Shown one piece after another: positions 47,108 through 60,319 of a stretch of 64,000 nt of DNA. Every line of letters begins with the position of its first letter. Positions within the stretch are counted from its first letter, which is position 1. Source of the stretch: Balanoglossus misakiensis (Eukaryota; Animalia; Hemichordata); NCBI GenBank assembly GCA_040954595.2, contig CM082597.2, positions 7,403,849 to 7,467,848 on the forward strand, written 5' to 3'. Made by a program: the position numbers and the translations under genes. The notes below the pieces were generated by a model. The model worked only from the letters and a program-made list of their open reading frames with translations, did not search any database and was not told the origin of the DNA.

Positions 47108-48889
47108 CTAGAAAGAACTGCTCAGAACCCTTCCTCCCGCCTCCAGCTTGCACCACATATCCCATGACCTGTGTGTTAAATATTAACCACCAACAGACGC
47201 CCTCTACAGTATCTTCTTACGTTTCTGTTCTTCATGGTAATCTAGTGGCTTTATTACCCTTGGAATCAGCTTTATCTAGCCTAGACAGATGTTCCAACCC
47301 TATCTGTGCATAAAACCTGTTTGTGTGGACTGTGGTAGGTAAGTGAAAGTTTGAACAGAAAAAATTCATCTTTTTGCTCAATCAATTGATTTGTATGTAA
47401 TACACGTCGTATGAAAGATTACTTCTGTGGTTTTCTGACCACATGAGGGCGCTAATCAGGACTGAACCTGGATTCAATTTTGGGGATTAGAGTGATTTGA
47501 TTGGATGTACTAGATCCAAAATATTTTTGTTTGTTTTTGTTTTTTCAGATAAAATTGAAAACATTATTGATTTGAGACACTATAATTTGTGGTCATTAAA
47601 ATTTGGTCCTATAGAAGCAAGTATTTTAGATTTGAAGGACTGGTTGTGATTATGTGTCAAACCTGACCAAGTCAGTGGTTTTTGTAGACTGTGGCATCAT
47701 CTCATGTATGATGTGTTTATGTGGAAGTGTTTGTGTGGGGGTCAATATGGAGTGAGCTAGTTTGTAGAGAACTGAGTTGGTAAATTCTCTGCAGTAAGTT
47801 GGATACTCTGCTCAAACTCCAGTGTACTGTGTTCGCTTTCATTCAAACAATTATTCCACACATAAAGGAACAAAGTCACTAAATTTTGACATTATTTTGG
47901 ATGTTTTACATTTTTTTGATGGACTTTTTATGTTGTTCTACTCACCAAAACATGCACATTGACCTATTGTCACAACTCACTTCAAAACCCATATACATTA
48001 CACATGAATAATTCCAACATTTATTTTTGGTCTGTACCAAAAATTATATTGCAGGCATAATGTTATATTCATATGCAAGGTGTGAGTTGAATTGTAACAA
48101 CTAGCCATTGATCATGTTTCAGTGAGTAGACATACATCAAAAGCCCATCAAATGAAACTAAAATATCCAAAATCATTTCAAAAGTTATCAACTTTTCCCC
48201 TTTACTCTCAGTTCTCAAATAAAATAAACTAGACAAATAAAGTAATAATGATGAACATTTAATGCTGTATATAAAATTAAACAAAAAGATCTTCAATAAT
48301 AAAGAAAAAAAAATAAACAACATAATATAAAACTTAAACTTAAGTACATACTTTATAACATGCTTTGAACCAAGTCATAACGATTTTAAAATGATGAAAT
48401 TTTACTACTGTGTTTAATAATAATAAAAAATAAATGTTCAATAATAAATCTATAACAAAAGTAAACAGCACATATTAAACCATGATTGTCTAATGTATAT
48501 CATGCATAGAGGTTTAATATACAAAGAATGTAATAATAATGAAAATTTATTGCCTTTTCTAATACTAAACAAAAAAGTATTTAACTAAAACAGTAATAAA
48601 GTTAATAAACATAAAAAATAAAATAAAGAGAACACATAGTGACATTAAAGGGACATACAACACAGTTTGCTAGCAAGTCAAACTTTCCACAAAGTGTAAC
48701 TGCTACAATGTACATCATTGGAAAAATGCCAAAATATTAAAGATTATGAAAGTGCAACAGTAAATTCAATTATTCTGTACCACTCAACAAGTCATTATTA
48801 ACAATGTACTCCTCACTGTAGACTTGAAAAGTCAACTTCAATAAAATGGATTAAATAAAATATTCTGATTGAAAATATGCAGTCTGAAA

Positions 48890-49110
48890 ATAAATTTTGA
48901 CAAGATAACGATAAGGAAATGAAAAGGAAATGTAATATGTACAATATATACAGGTAATAGTTTAAAACTCAACCATTCATAAACTTGAAATGTCTGGTTA
49001 ATAAATTTTGACAAGATAATGAAAGGAAATGTAATATGTACAATATATACAGGTAATAGTTTAAAACTCAACCATTCATAAACTTGAAATGTCTGGTCAA
49101 TAAGTTCTGC
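48890..49110. repeat. ~110-bp tandem duplication specific to unit B
   Basis: ataaattttgacaagataa...acaggtaatagtttaaaactcaaccattcataaacttgaaatgtctggt occurs twice; single copy in unit A (~27820-27920). Confidence 0.85.
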
Positions 49111-50927
49111 CAATTTCAAGTCTTGATAAAAAAATAAAAATAAGAATATAATGTATGTTACATATGGACGATTGATGCCAACAGATCTCAAAAGCTCCTA
49201 CTGATATACAGATCACATAATTGACAATGAAAAGTGTTTTAATGAATGATTTCTGTTTATTTCAGTCCTTCTGGCAACTTGACAAACCATTGGGGAAATT
49301 ATTATTTATTGTTTAATATTCATTAGTTCTCTATAACAGCTTGTATAGAAAGGCCAAATAAAAAAATATGTGCTGTTCCGATTACATGGTCTTCAAAAAT
49401 AGGGTAGGTAAGTAGGTAGGGAATTTTTTTTATTTTGCAATTTTTTTTATAGTGTAGAAGAATGACGTCATAGTTCTTGCATGATTCCCACAATTTTCAT
49501 AAATTTTTAGGGGCCTTGGTATTGTTGGAAGTTTTCTTTCTTTATTCTCCTGTCAATTCTTCGGCCAACTAGATCTCTGAAACTACTGCAGGTACACTTC
49601 TCAAACTTGCTACAGTGGTCAAGGTTAATGAGTAGATGTACAGTGGCTCGTGCATATTTAATTAGTCACATGACCTGGTGGCCATATTGGATTTTCTGAA
49701 ATGACTTCTACTCAAAAACTACAGGGCCATCCAAGTTCAAATTTCGTGTGACGTTAATAAGTAAATAAGGAAATAAGTTAATAAGGAAATAAGGAAAACA
49801 CACAACAACAGGGTCATAGCTGACTGAAATGACAACTACCAGAACAGATATCCTACACCAAATTTGGCCATAAAACAGCACCTCCAAACAATACCCAAAC
49901 TTACAGCCATTTTAAACTTCAAGGCCAGGCTGTGAGAGCAAGTGAATAAAATGGCATGTGAAGATCATTACGGAAGTTGTCCCCAGGAAATAAAGGAGAC
50001 AGAATAAGTCATGAAAATGATGCAAACAATGCACGTCGATGATTGGCATGTACAACTTAATGGGCATATTGAAAATATCATGTGCTAGAACTCCAGTGAT
50101 TTCACCTAGTACCTGCACTGTTTTTGTTATCGATGGCACCTGGATCAATTATTTTACTGCATGGTCTTCCCCAGTCATTTTAACAGGTTCCCCAAATTGG
50201 TACCGTGTGTCAATGCAGTCATATTGATGGGGAACAGAAGTGTTACTGATCTGAAATAATTTACCACCAATCTTCCCCAACCTTTGCAAAAACACTGACT
50301 TGGTTGGAAACATGGTCAGCAGTTGAACTACAGGGAAATGCACAATTGAGAGTCACAATTGACTGAAACGACAACAACCATTATAGAAATCCTACCCTAC
50401 AACATTGACTTCGAGATATGACCTGGAAAAACTAATGTCAAATCAGAAATACCCGCAACAGACCAGAATCACTCATTGTTCATGGACAATGCTCCAAAAC
50501 TCACCCAAAAAAACTTAGTGACTTCAATACCCAGACTACCATCACTACTCACTACTAAATATAATGTGAAGACATTATGGATGCCCTTCATTTAGAAGTA
50601 GCCAATGGATCATCCAATCTTTTTTTGATTTCCGACTCTCATCCTAACCAGTTTCTGACTTGCATTGAGAAGTGGCAAATAGATCTTCCTGTCTTTTCCT
50701 CTCCAAATTCAGAACTTAAAGAGATATGTTCCTCACCCAATCTTTCAAATTTGCAAGAGGAGAAAACATCAACATATACACCAGATTTAACTGTCTTCTC
50801 TAAAATACAGCAAACCGAACATTGGAACAACTGCACATTTTGTATCAATACTTCAGCTTATGACTTTTACAATGACCCGATTTTGAACTGTACTGAGAAA
50901 TTGGAAACAGATCTTGCTGTTTTTAGC

Positions 50928-53900
50928 CTAAGACTTCTTTTCGTGTCCAAATTTAGACCTAGAAGAGGTATAAAATGACTTCCTTTGTCTTGTATGTTGT
51001 CTAGATAAGAGAACATCAACATCTTCATCAGATTCAGCAGAACTCTCCTCTGAAAAATGGGGTGAGTATGTAGATTTGGTATCATACTTTTGTATGTGAC
51101 TTTCACGGTGACCTGATTCTTTTTTTAGCGAATGACTTTTTGAATGTCTAAATTCAGACATAGAAGGGGTATGTGGCTCATACAACATTTTAGATTTGCC
51201 AGAAGAGACACCTGACGCTTCTGCACCAAACTCAATAGAAGTTCTTTTCCCTTTCCTTAAACTCTTTGCACCAACATCTCCAATGTTATTATGACTAAGA
51301 TCCAGGTGTCTCCGCCGATGCTTTTTCCCCATTCCTTTACTTAAACTCTTTGCACCAACATCTCCAATGTTATTATGACTAAGATCCAGGTGTCTCAGCC
51401 AAATCATATTCCTCATCCCTTTACTTAAACTCTTTGCACCAACATCTCCAATGTTATTATGACTAAGATCCAGGTGCCAAAGCCCAGTCATATTCTCCAT
51501 CCCTTTACTTAAACTCTCTGCACCAAAATCTCCAATATTATTATGACTAAGATCCAGGTGTCTCAGCATAGTCATATTCTCCATCCCTTTACTTAAACTC
51601 TCTGCACCAAAATCTCCAATATTATTTTGACTAAGATCCAGGTGTCTCAGCCGAGTCATATACTCCATCCCTTTACTTAAACTCTCTGCACCAAAATCTC
51701 CAATATTATTATGACTAAGATCCAGGTGTCTCAGCATAGTCATATTCCCCATCCCTTTACTTAAACTCTCTGCACCAACATCTCCAATGTTATTATGACT
51801 AAGATCCAGGTGCCACAGCCCAGTCATATTCTCCATCCCTTTACTTAAACTCTCTGCACCAAAATCTCCAATGTTATTATGACTAAGATCCAGGTGCCAC
51901 AGCCCAGTCATATTCTCCATCCCTTTACTTAAACTCTCTGCACCAAAATCTCCAATATTATTATGACTAAGATCCAGGTATATCAGCCCAGTCATATTCC
52001 CCATCCCTTTACTTAAACTCTCTGCACCAACATCTCCAATGTTATTATGACTAAGATCCAGGTGCCACAGCCCAGTCATATTCTCCATCCCTTTACTTAA
52101 ACTCTCTGCACCAAAATCTCCAATATTATTATGACTAAGATCCAGGTGCCACAGCCCAGTCATATTCTCCATCCCTTTACTTAAACTCTCTGCACCAAAA
52201 TCTCCAATATTATTATGACTAAGATCCAGGTGCCACAGCCCAGTCATATTCTCCATCCCTTTACTTAAACTCTCTGCACCAAAATCTCCAATATTATTAT
52301 GACTAAGATCCAGGTGTCTCAGCCGAGTCATATTCTCCATCCCTTTACTTAAACTCTCTGCACCAAAATCTCCAATTTTATTATGACTAAGATCCAGGTG
52401 TCTCAGCCATGTCATATTCCCCATTCCTTTACTTAAACTCTGTGCACCAACATCTCCAATTTTATTGTGACTAAGATACAGGTGTCTCAGCCCAGTCATA
52501 TTCTCCATCCCTTTACTTAAACTCTCTGCACCAACATCTCCAATGTTATTATGACTTAGATCCAGGTGTCTCAGCCCAGTCATATTCTCCATCCCTTTAC
52601 TTAAACTCTCTGCACCAACATCTCCAAAATGACAACCACAAAGTTTCAGAGTGTGTACAAATGAAAGAATACTTAATCCTTTACAGAAGTCTTCAAATTC
52701 AGCCTGACTGCAATGCTTACTTACTTCCACAATTTTCTTTTCTTTGACAACTTCCTTGATGAATATTAATTTATCTATAGTAAGACTGTCTTCATCAAAA
52801 TTGACATTATGGAAAGATGTCTGCAGTTTCTCTGGAATGTGTGTTAGGATGTACTTAAGGCCTCTGATGTCATTTCCAGCAAAATTGACAATTTGTTGTT
52901 GATTCTGTGGCACAATGTTGAACAAATCAACTATTCCTCTTAAACTGATACCTGTGTTACTAAAATTAACATCAGTGAGATATTCCAGTATATGCAGTTT
53001 TCCGCAAATGTACATTATGCCATCATCTCCTATGTTATTTGAACTGACGTCTAAATATCTCAGAGACAACAGATGCTCAAAACTATCAGCAACAACTTTA
53101 GCATTATTAGTAATGAAACCAGACTCAGTAATAACAAAATGTTTTAAGTTCTTGAAGAACATCAGATTTAAACATAGCAAGTTGGTGATGTCAGAAGATA
53201 AACTTGAAGCATGTATTTGTTCTACAGAGTTTCCTTTCTTCTGCAAATTGAAAATGTCACCCACAGTTTTGAAGTGACACTTCACATGTGATTTGAAATC
53301 TCCAACCTGGTTTGCAATCTGTTCACACTCTAACAACCTTTCAAGACTTTCTTCCACCCCATTATTCTCCAACAGCACATTTAATTCATCAACCAATGGT
53401 AACAATGCTACACACCCACGGGAACCTAACTTGTTGTTTGAGACATCTATATCCTTCAGAAATGGAAAATATTTGACAGCTCTCAGAAGTACACCAATAA
53501 AGGTGTATTCCAAATCATTATGTGGCAACTCCAACTTCCTTACTTTTAATGACACATTTTCATTTCCCAACATTTCGAAAACCTTTGTGATAAATGCTTC
53601 ATTAAATCCAGTGAAATGGAGTGATTTCAACAGAGGCAGTGATCCCAATGCTTTGACCAGTGCCTGAATTGTTTCATGACCAACATCCTGAAAGTTGTCA
53701 TCAACCGCTTCAATAGTCACACTTCTCAGACTGACCTCACTATGACCTTTGACAGATTTTTGTGTGTGAGCCCGTAAGAGTTGATGGAATGTGATATATC
53801 TAGTAACCACAGTCAACTCAGTTGAGTTTTTAACTTGAAATTTGACAGTTGATGATGGATTTTCAATCATTACATTCAGGTGTTTGTTGAACTCTTCTGA

Positions 53901-56900
53901 AAAGTCTGCCCTTTCTTTATCACTTGTCAAAATGATATTCTGAACAACAGAAGTGTTCCCTATAAAAAGGGATGCAGCTTGCAAACGTTGTGGAGAGACT
54001 CTATTTATATCATATTCTGATAGTTCTAATGTCTGGGGTTTTAATAACTGTTGTATAATGCTTGTAAACTTTTCTGGAAATTTCGATTCAAGAATACAAG
54101 ACCCAAGTAGTGCAAAACAATCATAGGTCACTGGATATTTCTTTATAATATTGCTTGTGAGTATTTCGAAGAATGTTGCATTCTCGTGAAGGATACCAGC
54201 TACATAATGTAAAGTGACTGGCATGAACTCTACCAACATCTCAATTGTATGTTGTTTCAGAAATATGTCTTTGGTTTTGCTGACATATAAAGCCACTGCA
54301 TAAAAGTATATATACCGACTCAGGAAGTGATAGCTATGTGCGTGTTTCTGTTGATCCGAAAGAAATCTATGGAAACTTTCTCCACTCTCTTGTACTAAAT
54401 TAAAGAAGTACTTCTCTTCATGACAGCTATCAAACGCATGATACAGTGTCATGCCTTTCTTACATTTAAGAAATTCTTGTAGCCCAATTTCACAGAGCCT
54501 GTCCTGCACTACATCCCAGACATTCTCTGTCTCAAGTTGATGTTCCCTACAGTACATCTCTACATGATGTTTAATTGCATATTCAGTTGCCTCTGTCAAA
54601 GTTGATGGTAAAGTGTAACAATTCTCATACCAGTAAGATACAAGAGAAGGAAAGAAAAAATCTTGTGATCTTAATTCACCCACAATTGGATGAAATCTGG
54701 ACTGCTGTATCAAATACTTAGCTTGGCTGTTCTCTTCAACATGATCTAGTACATATCTCTCCCATTCATCGTATGCAACAGTTCTCACCCAGGTCTTCTC
54801 AGGGATGGTGTAGACAGCAGACATATCTGATAGAAACAAAAAAAATGTCTACATGTAATTGTGCTCAATACATGTATATATTCAACACACATAATGCACA
54901 CAAAGATGTTGAATGGCCAGCCTTCTCAAAGTGTCATTCATCATTATATTACCATGGCCTGTGTGTCTCATTTTTATTGGTCAAGATGAACGACGTCACT
55001 GACCACAAATACTCAGTAATGTTTTGTTTACATGCCCGTAAATCTGAATAGTAATATTAATAAACAGTTCAGTGAATATAACATTTTGCATAACACAAGT
55101 TCCGGGGCCCGTAGTCTTTTGCGTGGGGCATTTTTGTAAATTTTGACAGTTTTCTTGAGTTTGTTGGTAATATAATGGAAATAACTGACTCCGCCCTGAC
55201 CATTAACGTTTGTTTATGAGCTCGGGCTCGAGGAAAGCCAAAATTCATGGGCTCGGAATCCTCGCCCATGAATTTTTGGCTTTCCCCTGTGGAAAAGTAC
55301 AGGTATGAAGCATTATGACTATTGTGAAGACTTAAATTAAATACTCACCATGAAGTATGTGTTTGACAGTCTCAAACTCCTTTTCATCTATCTTCATTCT
55401 GATTCTGACAACACATCCAGCTTTCTCTGCTAGGGATCTCATCTCGGATGTTATTAAGATATCACTCAGCATTTCATCAACTTCTCCAGCATCATATTTC
55501 TGCCAGAAATAATCACTGTCTTCCTCTGAAAGGAAACTTAGTAAGAACCACAAAGAACCGAGTCCAACTCCATCTAATCTTGCTTTATGTTGCTCATAGG
55601 CTTTATCCAACTGTTCTATCAGATCTGGGTCATCTCTGTCCACGATTTTCTTTATCTGAAGTTCATAAAGTACTGTTATATGATCTATCAACACCTGTTT
55701 CTGCTTCATTTTCTCCCTTTCAAGTTTTATTTTCTCCCTGTCAAGCTCCATTGCTCTGTTTTCTTTCTCCATTTCGATCTTCGTCTTTTCTGTTTCAAGC
55801 TCAATCCTTTTCTGTTCTGTTTCATGGTCCATCCTTTTCTGTTCTGTTTCAAGCTCCATTTTCTTGTGTTCTGTTTCCACTCTCATCTTTTCTATCTCCA
55901 TCTTCGTCTTTTCTGTTTCAAGCTTAATCCTTTTGTGTTCTGTTTCATGGTCCATTCTTTTCTGTTCCGTATCAAGCTCCATCCTTTTCTGTTCTGTTTC
56001 AAGCTCCATTTTCTTGTGTTCTGTTTCCACTCTCATCTTTTCCATTTTCATTTCTGTCTTCATCTTTTTTTCTTCAAATTCCAGATTTACTTCACACTTA
56101 ACAGCTATGGGTTGAATAAACAATTAAACAGAAATAATTGCCAGCTAGATGATGATTTTTGCTGCCAGACAATTGTGGCCAAAATGAATTGATCTAGATT
56201 ATTTTGCTACATATAAACTAATGATCAAATTATATTTTATCTCCCAAATGAGTAAGATAATTTCATCCTACTGAAAATAGTGATGTGTTATCAATAGAGG
56301 AATCATACAGTGTCAGTTAATGTTCATGTCAAAGCTAAGATATTTTGTGTGACATATCTTGAGTATAGGTGACACCAACTAACACTGTAGTTTAATGACC
56401 ATTTCACTAAATCACACGTCAGTTTTGATATTTGGGGTAAATGTCCAGGGGGTGACTGTCCTAGAAACTTGGGTGTTTGGGAGAAGTGAACACACTGCAG
56501 GAAACATAACTTACTTGGCATCAATGGCCTTTTCCGTTGTATCATTTTTGATTTATGAGTTTCACTTGGTGGTTTCTCATCTGAAACAACGGCAGTCACT
56601 GGACTTCCTGGGAGAAGAAAGTTTTTAAAAAAAAAGTTAGTTCAGAAAAGTGCCCAGTACCCTTTCACTTTTTTCACAAGTCACATCAGCATGCAGATAA
56701 AGCTTGACATATAAATTGTTGTATATATCAGTAAGTATGAGTTTCATGAAATGATGACACTCATGACTGTCTCAATGAATTTCTCCTGTTTCAATCCCAG
56801 CAAAAGTATATGTGCTAGTTACAAATTGGTTGTTTCAACACAGAGAGTTTATTAAGAAACATTCGAGACATAAAACAGAAACTCAAAATGTAAAAAAGCC

Positions 56901-59900
56901 AATGTTATTTCCCTTTTTAATGATAAAAATGTGTCAAAGTAATAAGTTTTTAAACAACTGGTCCAATCAAAGTAATTACCAAGGTTTTGTGGCTGGGGTG
57001 AGAGTGACTGGGAAGAACAGGCATATTCAAAACCTCCTACACCTTCATCAGTTAAAGGACTTCTTACATTATGGGCTGGTAATTTGGCACTTACCATTAT
57101 CACTAGAAAACAGAAAAATAAAGTTTAATGACTAACAGTTGCATTAAAAATCTCTTAACATAATTACTGGTAAGAAAAATATGAAATTACATTATTTAAC
57201 AAAACATCTGTTTCTGTACCCATGTTTTTTAATCTTCAGGAGCCTGCAACTTATCAAATAAAGTGTTCTTACCCAGGTTTTCTGGTTTGGGTGAGAGTGA
57301 CTGGGAAGGCTGGCCATCTTCAAAAGTTGCAGCACCTTCATGGGTTGAAGGACTCTTTCCACTCTGAACTGGTGATGGGAGTGTTGGAACTGGAAGAAGA
57401 ATAAGGAAAAGATTTTAAGGCTAAAATTCCCATTAAGAAGTCTTGTGATCAGATGAATGAGGTAAAGTCAAACCTGTGTATAGTAGCCGGTCAAGCGACT
57501 TTCCTTAACTTTATTTGAAGTCAGTCAGGACTGTATGACTTAAGTCACCTGTCAACATTATCAATATTAGGTTGGTAGCTTCTTTGATAATAAAAGTCAA
57601 GTGAAAAGTTAAAGCTTAAACTCTACTTACCCAGGTTTTCTGGTTTGGTTGAGAGTGACTGGGAAGGCTGGCCATCTTCAAAAGTTGCAACACCTTCATG
57701 GGTTGAAGGAGTCTTCCCACTCTGTGCTGGTGATTGAGGTGTTGGAACTGGAAGAAGAAGGAAATGATTTTAAGGACAAAACTCCCATTAAGAAGTCTTG
57801 TAATCAGATGAATGAGGTAAAGTCAAACCTGTATATAGTGGAGGGACTTTCCTTAACTTTATTTGAAGTCAGTCTAGACTGTAAGTCACCTGTCAACATT
57901 ATTAATATTAGGTTGATAGCTTCTTGATAATAAAAGTCAAGTAAAAATCTAAAGCTTAAACTACTAGTTTTTACCCAGGTTTTCTGGTTTGGGTGAGAGT
58001 GACTGGGAAGGCTGGCCATCTTTAAAAGTTGCAGCACCTTCATGGGTTGAGGGACTCTTTCCACTCTGAACTGGTGATGGGAGTGTTGGAACTGGAAGAA
58101 GAAGGAAACGATTTTAAGGCTAAAATTCCCATTAAGAAAAGTTGTGATCAGATGAATGAGGTAAAGTCAAACCTGTGTATAGTGGAGGGACTTTCTTTAA
58201 CTTTATTTGAAGTCAGTCTGGACTGTAAGTCACCTATCAACATTATTAATATTAGGTTGATAGCTTCTTGATAATAAAAGTCAAGTAAAAATCTAAAGCT
58301 TAAACTACTACATGTAGTTTTTACCCTGGTTTTCCGGTTTGGGTGAGAGTGACTGGGAAGGCTGGCCATCTTCAAAAGTTGCAGCACCTTCATGGGTTGA
58401 AGGACTCTTTCCACTCTGAACTGGTGATGGGAGTGTTGGAACTGGAATAAGAAGGGAACGATTTTAAGGCTAAAATTCCCATTAAGAAAAGTTGTGATCA
58501 GATGAATGAGGTAAAGTCAAACCTGTGTATAGTGGAGGGACTTTCCTTAACTTTATTTGAAGTCAGTCTGGACTGTAAGTCACCTATCAACATTATTAAC
58601 ATTAGGTTGATAGCTTCTTTGATAATAAAAGTCAAGTGAAAAATGCTTAAACTACTTACCAAAGTTTTCTGGTTTGGGTGAGAGTAACTGGGAAGGCTGG
58701 CCATCTTTAAAAGTTGCAAAACCTTCATGGGTTGAAGGAGTCTTTCCACTCTGCAATTGTGATTGAGGTGTTGGAACTGGTAGAAAAAAAGCACAAAAAT
58801 CTAATGACTAAAATTCTTCCAACCTTACACCTATATTAATTACAAGTTGTTAAAATGCTTCACTGTCACAAAATAATCATTAACTGTAATAATTATATAT
58901 TTCTTCCAAAAAAGTGCAACAGAATAGTCACTTCATCATTTTTCAACTTCGCTTTCATTTTGCTGCAAACAGGATGATGTGTTGCTTGTTAAAATCATCT
59001 GAAGTGTAATTTTCAATTCAAAAATATACATTCATCAGGTTACATACTGCCCTTTCAGTCTAACTTGTATCTGAGACTGCACCTTTTGCTTTGGGATTGT
59101 GTTTGGAAAAGGAAATATACTTACTTTGTGCAGGCTGTGTACTCTGAACTTCTTTGAAACAAGCTCTGAACTTTTCATGACTGTCAGAAATCTCTGCGTG
59201 ACTGAGATACATATTCTTCAAACGTGTCGCCATGGGTATTGCATGTGTTGCTCTCAACATCTTATTGATCTGTTCTGATAAATCCCCATCAACAGAAGGG
59301 TCATACAGGAAATATTTTGCTTCATGGTCAAAGCATGTGTTCATAAATGCTGCTAAGGCAGTTCTTTCTGGAGCTAACACAGGTAGTCCTGCAGCAATGG
59401 ATCGTAATCCCTCCATCCTGAATGGCTCATCAGGTGGTATAATACAGACATTACTCTGACGTAAATCTCTGTAAATATCATCTTGAGAGCCGTATGAGGG
59501 ATAAATGTTTGGTTCTATGTGCCGACAATTTAAGTTGTTTGTAAGAAAGGTCTTTGTGTTAGCAACATCAGCTTCTGGGGGAGTACGTACACACCACAAT
59601 GGAACCGTCACGTGCATAGAGTTGAATGTACCAGCTGTTTTTCCAACTTCGGCAGCAAGTGTTTTATAGCGTGGGGATTCCACAGCTGTATCAGTTATCA
59701 CAGTCAGGATTTGTTTTAAGTCACTTGTTTTTTCTATTTGATCCACATTGACATCAAAGAATTCTTTCTCTGGTCTTGGCAGATACAATTCATGTCTTAC
59801 AGGAACTTCGGTTGTTTGGTACAGTTTCTTGTAATGTTCAAAGACATCTGGTCCAACAGAGAAAACTGCAGATGCCTCCTCAGCAAATCTGTTGTGTTTG

Positions 59901-60319
59901 CCTTGTACTTCAACTGATGGGATGGTGTGATTGATGAGTATAATCTTAGCATCTTTGAAATATCGTTTCCTCAAAACATTTGCAACCAAGAGCTTTGCTG
60001 AAGGCTTGACATGTTCCACAATGTATTTCACATTTTGTAACTCTGTGAGATTTGTGAAGAATGTCTCTGGAGAAAGAACCCAATCTGGCTTCGGTGTGTC
60101 ATTCTTGTATCTCTCAATCACATCCTCTTGTATTCTTGGAAGTATCAACTCAACTGCACAATCAGCAGCATCTTTCCTTTCTGCATCACTTGCCTCCAAA
60201 ACAACACAACATGTTTTACGTTTTCTGTCTTCAGCTACACAGCTTGCAAGTTGACAGTTGAGGGCAGATACAGTGTCCTTCACACGATTCCACTTTTCAG
60301 CCAAGAATATGGTAGTCAT
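50928..60319 (-). CDS. NLR-like protein B: GT-B glycosyltransferase-like - S/P repeats - coiled coil - TRADD-N-like - NACHT helical region (no P-loop seen) - RI-type LRRs (~2216 aa from the in-exon ATG; 5' end uncertain)
   Basis: Exons 60333(ATG 60319)-59125, 58776-58660, 58441-58325, 58091-57975, 57747-57631, 57389-57273, 57102-56980, 56607-56515, 56104-55349 and 54826-50928; GT-AG, phase 1, in frame. Highly similar to NLR A. No DED exons seen in 60334-64000. Confidence 0.82.
51250..52630 (-). repeat. 84-bp coding tandem array, ~16 x 28-aa LRR (NLR B)
   Basis: Unit HLDLSHNNIGD(F/V)GAESLSKGMENMTGL(W/R). Confidence 0.97.
57273..58776 (-). repeat. ~345-bp tandem array of intron plus 117-nt exon units (5 exons)
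   Basis: Repeated exon xPTPxxxxxSGKxPSTHEGxATFxDGQPSQSLSPKPENx with repeated flanking intron. Confidence 0.9.
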
